From Cyanophora paradoxa CCMP329 (lineage: Eukaryota; Plantae; Glaucophyta): DNA of 64,000 bases. Position numbers and translations under genes: made by a program. Within the stretch, counting starts at the first letter, position 1; each line of letters starts with the position of its first letter. Location of the stretch: assembly GCA_004431415.1 (NCBI GenBank), contig QPMI01000230.1, forward strand, positions 62,001 through 126,000, in the 5' to 3' direction. The notes under the pieces are model-generated. The model saw only the letters and a list, made by a program, of their open reading frames with translations, made no database searches and had not been told where the DNA came from. This document shows positions 1 through 8,900 of the stretch, piece by piece.

Positions 1-1271
1 GGAGGCGAGGAAGCCGATGGCCTGGATCGTCTTGCCTGGGGCCCCCGGGGGTCATGCGCCTGCTCTGGAAGGGGGGCGGGGGAGGCGGGGGCACCGAGGC
101 CCATCTCGTCGGCGAGGATGGCGTTGCGGCCGGCGAAGTGGGCGTTGCGGAGCCAGTTGATCCCGTCCAGCTGGTACGCGTGCAGCGCCCCTGCCCCGGC
201 CCCACGTTAGGAGGCGAAGGGGGGGGGGGGGCGGGGAGGGATGGGGGTACCCCCGCGGAGGTACTTGGGCTGCGTCCGCCACGCGTGGAACTTGTCGGCG
301 CACTTGGAGGGGCGCGCCTCCTCCGCGCCCTTCCCCGAGGCCCGCAGCAGCGCCTGGCCCGGCATGCATCACGAATGGCGCCGGCCTAGAAAATGGAACC
401 GGGGGCGGGGGGTACCGCGCGGTAGGCGTCGACGAGGGGCCCGAACTTGGCGACGACCTCCGCCTCGGGCTCCCACGTGCAGTCCCGGTACGGCAGCGCG
501 CACCACTGGGGTACGGCCTCAGAGGGGAAGAGGGGGGGGAAGAACTGGGGGGTACCTTCACGAGGAGCTCCTTGGACTTCGAGACTTCCCTGCGGAGCGA
601 GGGGGCTGAGAGAGGGGTACAAGGCGGGCGGCGGGAGGGGTACGCCGCACCGGTGGGCGACGATGCGGTCGGCGTGGAGCCAGGCCTTGTGCACCCCGGG
701 CATGTTCCTGACGCCGGCTCGGCCGACGCCTGGGGGGGGGGAAGAGGGGGGTACCGCGGGTCGACGAGGGAGTCGTCGTTCTCCTCGTCCTCGGCGTCGA
801 CGCCGGCCTCGTCGCCGGCCTCGTCGTTCAGCGCGCCCTCCGTGCGGCGCTTGTACCCCGCCAGCGCCATCTTGAAGGCGGCCCTCATGCGGGCCTGCCG
901 GGGTGCCGTCAGGCGGGCGGGGGAGGGCCGGGCGGGGCGGGGCGGGGGGCGGGCCTGGGGGACCCAGGAGCAGCGGGCCCAGGAGAGGTCGCGCCACTTG
1001 ACGAAGTACTCGGGCTCGCCGTCGGCCCCCGCCCGGTGCGCGAGGACCCGCTCCGGCCGCTCCCGCCCCGCCTCGCAGTCCGCGCACACCGTCGCCTTCT
1101 TGCCCCGCCCCGCCGGCGCCCCCAGCGGCCCGCTGCACTTCGAGCACGCCGGGCCCTGCGTGGCGCCGCGTCAGCGCCCTCGGCGGCGGCCGGGAGGGCG
1201 CGCGGGGCGGCTGGCCTCGGAGTCGGAGTCCTCGGAGTCGGCGGACTTGCGGGGGCGCCCCGCCCCGCGCT

Positions 1272-1304
<33 letters not shown>

Positions 1305-2941
1305 AATCGCCGCTGCTGCGGGCGCGGCGCTTGTACTTCTCGCGCTCGGCCCTGGCCTTGGCCTCTGCCTTCATGCGCTCCACCGCCGCCCGCCGCGCCA
1401 CGATCAGCGCCCGCTCTGTCGCCGCACGCTGCGCGCCGCGCGCTCGCTCGTTGCGCGCACGCACACGGCCACGGGGCAGGGCACCTTGCCGGCGGTGTTG
1501 GTCCCGGGCGGCGACGGGTCGCACTTCTCGCAGAGCCAGAGCTCTGCGGGAGCCGGTCAGGGGCGGCGAGCTTCCCAGAGGGGCCGCGGCGCGCCCTTCG
1601 GGATGGGGTAGGGTCCCCCGTAGCACGCCTGGTGCGCCCAGACTTCGCAGGCTGCGCGGGTGGAGGTCAGCGGGGGCGGCGCGGGGCGGGAGGGAGCGCG
1701 GGGGCGCGCCCTCGCAGGCGACGAGCTGGTTGTCATGCGAGTCCTCGTACGACCCGCACACGGCGCACTGCTCGTCCGACGCGCTGCTGCTCCCCTCGTC
1801 GCTGCTGCTGCTGTCCTCCCCGTCGCTGCCCTCCCCCTCGCTGCCCTCCCTGCCCTTCGCCTTCCCCTTCTCCTTCTTCCCGGCGCCCTTCTCCTCCTCC
1901 TCCGCCCGCGGCTTCTCCTTCTTCGCCGGCTTCGGCTTCGGCTGCGGCTTGGGCATGTCCCGCGCCTCCCGCTCCCCGTCCTGCCGGAGCGGTCGGCGGC
2001 GCGCACGCGGCGAGGGCGGCCCGCGAGGCCGCCTAGGAGCCATCGCGGACCGAGTGCTTGGCGCAGAAGACGGAGAGCGGTCCCTTCCCGTCCGACGTGT
2101 CCACCATGAGCAGCTCGGCGTTGCGCGCGCAGCTCGCGTGCAGGCGCGAGCCGCATCCCTTCGCTCCGCACTCCACCGTCGCCCCCGCATCCTTCCCGCA
2201 GAGCTCGCACGTCTGCGCGACGACGTCAGGGACCGGCTCTGCTCGGCCGCCGCGGTGCAGCTGCGCACTTTTCCGAACTGCTCCAGGTCGATGCACGCGA
2301 TGCCGGCGACGCGCTCCTTCCGATTGTCCTTCAGATCGAGGTAGTAGGTGCCAGAGAGGCTCTCCGCGCAAACGACGTGCGCGTACATGCCTGCGGAGGC
2401 GCGTCAATCTGAGCGAGCGGCGAGCAGGCGCCGGGTGCACCTCCTCCAGCCAGAATTTTGAGCCGCCCCCCCTTGGCTGGGCACAGGCAGCACTCGATGT
2501 TTTGGCCCCTGAGCAGCTTCTTCTCGCTGCGCGCGATCCCGTGTCACCAGCGGCTGCGAAAGGCGGAACAATCGCACCGCAGCTCATATTCCCGCTTGGC
2601 GTCGCGGGCGCGAAGGTTCTCCTCCGGAAGCCACTGCGCCAAGCGTTCAGTTTCTGCATGGCGCGCGACGTTCCGCGCCCGCCCACCTCCGGCTCCGCGT
2701 GCCCTTCAAATTTGACCAGAAACCTGGTGCCCTGCGCGCGCCGTCAGCCGGCGGTCCGAGAAAGCGCGATAGAGAGCGGCGGCGTGCGGCTGACCCTGCC
2801 GACGACTTCCTTGGCCAGGATCTCCTCGACGACGTAGGCGCCTGACTCCTCCGCGCCCGACTCCGCGCCCGAGCCCGACGTGGTCGACTCGCTGTCACTT
2901 TCCGAATCAGCGCTCTTGCGCGCACGCCTCTTCGGCGGCAT
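1..2941 (-). CDS. CHD-family (CHD3/PICKLE-like) chromatin remodeller, 5' part; runs off the left edge; multi-exon
   Basis: Spliced translation gives a chromo-like [19 protein letters not shown], an ePHD ([39 protein letters not shown]), a PHD ([30 protein letters not shown]), a double chromodomain ([13 protein letters not shown]; LLVK|[12 protein letters not shown]), then SNF2 motifs [21 protein letters not shown]|KTIQAIGFL (GT-AG intron about 94-36). Confidence 0.9.
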
Positions 2942-3231
2942 GGCTGCGACCCGACTCCCGCCAAGCGCGTTCGCTTAGAACCCGAGCCTGTACCCAGTTC
3001 ACGTGGCTTGCGGCCAAACGAGCATCGGCAGCAGCACGGTTAGGGCGCGACGGACTCGCGCAACAAACTTGATGCGCGTGGCTCGCTAGGAGCGAGCAGC
3101 AGGAGCGGTGAGCAAAGCTGCCGACCTCCGCCGAGGCGCAGCAGGTGCGCCGCCGCCGCCCCAGGTAGCTGCCGAATCGCACCGCTAAGCTCGCGCCTCC
3201 TCAGCGCCGGTCGCCGCCGCGGCACAGGGCG

Positions 3232-4772
3232 ATGAACAGAGGGCGCGCGAGCGAAGACGACAGCCTGCGCGGCGGCGGGCTCCGAGGCGCGCGAGACTGC
3301 GACATTGAAGAGGTGGCGCTGGCGGTGGAGACGCCGCCGCGCGGCTGCGGCGCGGACCTGGAGGGCCCGCCGCCGCCGTGGCGCAAGCTGCTGCCGCACC
3401 TCGGGAAGCGGACGGTGCAGAGCAGGGGCGGGCGCATCATCGTCGGCTTCTTCGCGCTGGTCTTCCTGCACTGGCTGGTCACCGACCTCTACGTCTTCCC
3501 GCTGCCCAGCATCAAGTGGGAGCACTCGGTCGGGCGCGGGATGCACATCGAGCCCTACAGGCGCGTGTGGAGCAGGGAGGAGGACGTCGCGCACCGGGTC
3601 ACGCTCGTCTCGGCGATGATCGACATCGGGCGGGACAAGTGGGTCAAGATCTCCCGCAGCAAGGACAAGTACGCGCGGAACCTGCGGCGCATGTGCAGCA
3701 TGCGCAACCCGCTCGTCATCTTCATCGAGCCCGGCATGCGCCCCATCGTCGAGGACGAGCGCGCCAAGCACGGCCTCCTCGACAAGGCCCGCCCCCGCCC
3801 GCCCGCCGCGCCCCTCGACTCGACCCCACCCGCTCTGACGCCCACCCGCCGGCCCGCCGGCGCGCGCTCGCGCAGACGCTGATCTTCGACCTGACGCTGG
3901 AGACGCTGCCGGCGGGGCGGTACATCCCGGACGCGGAGCGCATCATGAAGAGCGACGACTACGCCCAGCGCCGCGGCTCCCAGAAGTGGCCCGAGTACAT
4001 GTACCCCCTCTACAACATCGTCATGTGGTCCAAGGCCCGCGTCCCCCGCTCCGGCTGTCGCTCTACCGTCGTCACCTGATGCCACCCCGCAGATCGGGTG
4101 GATGAAGAACGCGACCGACACGAACCCCTTTAACACGGACTACTTCATCTGGATCGACGCCGGCATCCACACCGGCCCGTCCCCCCCCTTCGTTCCTGTA
4201 CCCTTCTAATCTTCCGGTGCAGGGATGCTGCTCACCAAGCACCTGGGGCGCCCTATCCCCGTCTGGGGCGGCCCCGACGCCCGCCTCTTCCAGATGCCGA
4301 AGACCTCGGTTCGGTTCATGGCCACGGACATTCCCCAGGCGCGCCGTTCTGTACCCCTCCCGGCGAGCTGCTGTGCCGTACCCCCTGACGCCCGGGGGCA
4401 CAGTGGAAGGACCTGGACTTCCGCTCGTTCACGATGGCCCACGTGAACCGCTTCGCGGGTACGATGTTCGGAGGCCACAAGAACGCGATCCAATGGCTCT
4501 ACGAGCGCTGGTCTGATCCGGTCGAAGGGATACCATCTCTTCTCCGCTGATGGAGGTACGCCCGCAGCGAGGAGGTCTACGAGGAGTGGATTTCAATGAA
4601 CGTCGTCGATCAGGTACCCACTGCGCTTGTTTTCTCATGTACCCCTCCCCTGATTCTGATAATCGCGTCCCCCCCGTAGGACCAGACCGTCTTCTCCACC
4701 CTCTACCTGAAGTACCCCCACAACTTTGACATCTTCGTCGGCTGGTGGCCCCGCGTCGTCGAAGACTTCTAG
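3232..4772 (+). CDS. HtrL/YibB-family protein with N-terminal TM anchor (type II, glycosyltransferase-like); 7 exons
   Basis: TM IIVGFFALVFLHWLV. Motifs VTLVSAMIDIGRDKW..RSKDKY, NPLVIF, PLYNIVMWSK, NPFNTDYFIWIDAG, FGGHK, DQDQTV. Introns 3787-3875, 4035-4092, 4175-4222 and 4339-4403 (all GC-AG) plus two GT-AG keep the frame to TAG at 4770-4772. Confidence 0.8.
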
Positions 4773-4829
4773 TACCTCTTCATGGTCCCTTTCACGTACC
4801 CCCCTCAGCTCTAAATATGCAGTTGAATT

Positions 4830-5190
4830 TGCAGTTCGGATCGATATCGTTGCATTGCCGGCACCCGTACCGGAACTTGCGCATGCGAATGCATCAGTAC
4901 TATAGGTATTAGTAATGATCATGACCCTGCAATATTAATTGAGCTCGAGCGCGCGCGCCAATATTAATTGCGAGGCTCGCGTTATATTAACGATAACCGC
5001 GCGCGCGCGCGAGCTCGAGCTCGCGATCGAGCTCCGAGGCTCGCCAGCTCGATCGCAAGCTCAAGCTTGATCATGAGCTCGGCCGCGCGCCCGCGCGCGC
5101 GGGGTGCCGCGCGGCCGGCGCCGGCCGCGGGCGCCAGCGCTAGCACTCCGGATCCGGGATCCGGATCCGCAGCGCCGAATTCGAACCCAC
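4830..5190. repeat. Intergenic chain of overlapping short palindromes (block A)
   Basis: Abutting or overlapping GAGCTC, CTCGAG, AATATT, ATTAAT, TGATCA, TCATGA, AAGCTT, GGATCC, TCCGGA, GAATTC, TTCGAA, GCTAGC. 18-bp perfect palindrome CGCGAGCTCGAGCTCGCG at 5008-5025. CAATATTAATTG occurs twice. Confidence 0.85.
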
Positions 5191-5220
5191 GGTTGGCTGC
5201 CCCCGAAAAAGAAAACAAAC

Positions 5221-6659
5221 ATGGGGAAAAAGCCGGAGCTCGAGGCGGCCCCGAGGCGGCGCGCGGGCTTCCCGTTCCTGTCGCTACTGCTGCGACCCGA
5301 CCGGGATGCCGTGCTGTCCTACCTCGACGCGCGCGGCGGCGACCCGCTCTCGTACGCCGCCGATGGGCACCACCTGATCGCCCCGGGCACGCGCGGCGTG
5401 CGCCCGCGCAACGGATACAGCCCGAACGGCTTCAGAGTGGTCGTGGGCCGCGGATCGCACGTGCGCGCCGGAGGGATGGACGGCGCCGTTAATCTGACAG
5501 CGAGGGCGCGCGCAGACGTTCGAGGTCGCGCGCGACTTCGTGAAGGACTTCCAGATGGTCGCTCGCGCTACCAAGAACCCGCTTCTGTACGCTGAGCTCT
5601 GGCCGCCCGGCGCGCTCACGCAGGTGACTTGCTGCCCCCGTTTTCACGCCTTCGCTGCGCATAGCTAAGCGATCGGGCGCCGCGGCAGCGGGAGGCGCCG
5701 CTGGCGGTCGTCGCGAGGGTCTACGGCGTGCTCTGGAGCGTGAGCCCGTGCCGGCTGCTGTACGCGCAGGAGTCGGACGGGGGCGGCTCGCGCACCTTCG
5801 CCCTCAGCTACGGGACCCTCACGGACCACCTCATCTCGGGCGAGGAGCGGTGCGCGCCTCGGCGCTGCGCCCGCCTGGGCGCACGCACAGGAGAGAGCGG
5901 GGGCGGGGGCGCAGGTTCCGGGTGACGCACGAGAAGGGGAGCGACCTGGTGGAGTTCGAGGTGGCCTCCCTCTCGCAGCCCAACGAGCGGCGCTGGGGCC
6001 CCCTCGGCCGCGCCGCCGGCGTCTTCGTCAAGCCCCTGCAGCGCATCTTCGTGCGGGAGACGGCCCGCGCCGTCTTCGAGCACTGCCGCCGCGCCGAGGG
6101 CGACTACCGCCTCCGCGGCGCCCCCGGCGTGCCCCGCTTCCCCCGCTTCTGGGAGCCCGGCCTCCCCGTCCTCCAGGGCGCCTTGGGCCCCGCCCCGCCC
6201 GGCCCCGCCGCCGGCCCCTCCAGGCGGGAGAAGGAGCCGGCGGCCAAGCGGGAGGCGCCCTCGAATCGGGACCCGGAGCCCGACGCGAGCCCTCCGAAGA
6301 AGGCGCCGGCGGCCGCGAAGCGGGGGGCGGCGGCGAGGAAAGAGGAGGCGGAGGGGACGAGGAAGGAGCCGCCAGCCGGGGCCGCCCCCAAGAAGGGCGC
6401 GGCGCCGCCCCCGGCGCCCTCGACGTCGGCCTCGGCGCCGGCGAAGGGCGAGGCGTCCCCCAAGGCGGCGGCGCCGGCGGGCAGGCCGGCCGGATCCGCT
6501 GCGCCCCCGGCGCCGGCGCCGCGGCCGAAGAAGGCGGCCCCGGCGCCAGCCGCGAAGAGCGGCCCGCCGGCGCCAGCGGCCCCTACAGCAGCGGCGGCTG
6601 CCCCTCCCAAGGCCCCCTCTCCTCCTTCCCCTCCCTCGGGCTCGTCCCCCCCGAAATGA
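5221..6659 (+). CDS. DUF1990 (UPF0548-like) protein with long Pro/Ala/Lys-rich tail; 4 exons
   Basis: Spliced: FLSLLLRP..FRVVVGRGSH|TFEVARDFV..LWSVSPCRLLY..FALSYGTLTDHLISGEER|FRV..VEFEVASLSQP..VKPLQRIF, matching the DUF1990 pattern (YGTLxxHxxxGEERF). Three GT-AG introns. Confidence 0.8.
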
Positions 6660-6778
6660 GCACTTCAGCCGACCGCGGCGCCGCAGCACGTTGCACGCGC
6701 ACTAGCGGTCTTTAGCATGCGAACAGTCAAGCCTAAGCTGCCGCGGCGCCCGAGCCTCGGAGCTCCACGACTATCGAT

Positions 6779-7702
6779 TCACGCTAGGTCGGTGAGTGAG
6801 GGAGAGAGGCGGCTAGGGCGGCGGCTCGGCGCGCCGCCTCGGGCACGCTCCTCGGCCTCGTCGAGCGCGCGCCGCAGGGCCGCCATCTCCGCCTGCGCGC
6901 GCTCCGCCGCCGCCGCGCTCTCCGCGCGCGCCCGCTCCGCCCGCATCAGCGCCCACTCCGCCGCCTCGGCCCGCCGCTGGTGGTAGGCCGCGGCCGCGGC
7001 CACCTCCTCCGCCAGCAGCAGCAAGTCTGCCGCCCACTCCGCCATGTCGAGCTGCGCTTCTGCCAGCGCGCGCTCGGCCTCCTCGGCCCGCGCCCGCTGC
7101 TCCGCCGCCTCCGCCTCCGCCGCCTCCGCCCGCCGCTGAAGCTGCAGCTCGCCCTAGCCGAGCAGCCGCCCGGGCTCGATGACGACGCGGAGGTGGAGGT
7201 CGGCGCCGAAGAGGAAGCCTGCCGCGGGGTCCGCCACCGTGGACAAGGGCGCGAAGCGATGAAAGCCGTCGAAGTGCAGAGTGTGCACGCCAGACTTCAG
7301 CGCCACATCCCTGGCACGATCCTTGCTGAGGAGCGTGATGGTGTAGTTCGCCTCGTAGCCTTCGCCGTCTCCCCATCGCAGGTACACGCCGAAATGCTCC
7401 GTGCTCCCGTCGTCTGCATTGTCCCCGTTGGGATACACAAGCATTTTCCTGCTGAAGCGTAAGCTTCGGCAGCCGTCTCTCGTTGGCCATTTTGACGGCG
7501 CACCATTGCCCAAGGGCGTCTTCCTCAGGATCGATGGTGACGTGCGGCCGATCGTCGCCGGCTTCCTCCTTCAGCTCAAGGTAGTCCCGCACGACGAACT
7601 TCAGCGACTCGCCCTGCCGAAGCCGCGCCGTCAGAGCCGCGCATCACCGGGCTGCAAGAGCGCCCCCCGCGCCCGCACCGAAATCTGAAGTATGGTTCCC
7701 AT
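6779..7702 (-). CDS. MATH (TRAF-like) domain + coiled-coil protein interrupted by an in-frame TAG (7156-7154); possible pseudogene or readthrough
   Basis: ATG 7702 and two GT-AG introns give ..LKFVVRDY..GQW|KMLVYPNGD..HFGVYL..YTITLL..GFHRFAPL..GFLFGADLHLRVVI (MATH). After the TAG the same frame stays open for 124 coiled-coil codons to TGA at 6779. Confidence 0.7.
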
Positions 7703-8230
7703 TTCGACGAGCCGCAGAAAGGCCGCCCCTGCAATCGTAGCTGCAGGAAATCTGTAACAGGGTACAAGCTGCAGCCCATGTCAGACAGAGTCAAGATGAT
7801 CCAATAAAGGGCGGAATCCGCCACGAGGTGCGCACATCGAAGAGGGGGAAGCAGCCGACAGTGCCGATCAACAGGACACCGACAGTGCCGCATCAACGGA
7901 GCGCCGACAGCGCCGCAGAGTCCAGCGAACGGGCCCAATGGAGCAACAGCGTCGCGCCCCGCGTCGCAACGCCGCCAGCTAGATCACTCTTTAGCGGCAA
8001 CGAGGGACGTCGCTCCTGCTTTGCGATGCGCGTGCGCGTCCAACGCCTGTAATGAAGAATCAGCGGCGTGCCCGAAGAAGCGCCCGAGCTAGGTGAGCTC
8101 ACGCACTGCTGCTCACAGGCACGGAAGCCTGCCGGAAGGAAGGGAACGCCGCTGATCGGCCCTGATCGCCGATGACCGACTGCATTGTGCATTCTGCAAC
8201 GCGAAAAGCATGATACGGATTCTGCATTCT

Positions 8231-8293
8231 GCATTCTGCGATACGGAAACCAGTACAGATAGCGATCGTACTGGTTTCCGTATCGCAGAATGC
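8231..8293. repeat. Perfect 26-bp inverted repeat with 11-nt loop, embedded in short degenerate repeats (8180-8350)
   Basis: GCATTCTGCGATACGGAAACCAGTAC-agatagcgatc-GTACTGGTTTCCGTATCGCAGAATGC. Flanked by (TGCATTC)n and (GCGATT)3. Confidence 0.9.
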
Positions 8294-8659
8294 GGAAACG
8301 AAACTAATAGCGATTGCGATTGCGATTGCGATACGAAAAGGAAACTGATAGTGAACAGTGATGCCTGCGAGCGCTTTCAGGCGAAAACTTGCCGGGGAAG
8401 CGGTCGGAAGCTGGGCTGCAATCGAGCAGAGATGCTCGGTTGTTGTTCGAGAAGAACCGGAGGACGCGCGAAGCGGCTTCGGCCATTGCACACATGTACA
8501 CCTCCGTGCGCGCTGGGAGAGGGTGGTGGTTTGGTACCGTATACCCCCCGCCCCGGCCCGAGCCGCCCGACCTGGTCGGACCTACCTGCCACGGACCTGG
8601 CACCAAGTTAAAAATTGAGCGAGGGAGGTGGGCGCCCCCGTACGCGTCCGACGCGTAAG

Positions 8660-8900
8660 GGTCGAGCGTCGACGTCTGCAGCGCTATAGCTAGCTGCCGC
8701 AGCATGCGCATGCGCACTAGCTATAGTGCAGCGCCTCGAGCTCTGTGGCTGCAGCTGCAGCTTCGAAAATTCCCGGTTTTGATTAAGCTTGCCATAAATA
8801 TACAAGCATATACCGTATAGTAAACTACATATTATGATCTCTTGAGCGCTATAGCTAGCGCTAGCGCAGCGCTAGCCTGGACTGCAACTGCGCACTGCAG
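8660..8900. repeat. Palindrome-chain block B
   Basis: GCGCTATAGCTAGC at 8681 and 8846, GCATGCGCATGCGCA at 8702, CTGCAGCTGCAG, CTCGAGCTC, AAGCTT. Confidence 0.8.

Noticed and set aside
4830-5190. Cloning-vector polylinker contamination
   Set aside because: Sites overlap and repeat in a way no polylinker does, similar blocks occur in about nine intergenic gaps, and no vector backbone is present.
7154-7156. Genetic-code reassignment of TAG
   Set aside because: HtrL, the C1q-like gene, YJU2, DDHD and Ctr all terminate normally at TAG.
8180-8350. CRISPR-like array
   Set aside because: No regularly spaced identical repeats with unique spacers, no cas genes, and the context is eukaryotic.
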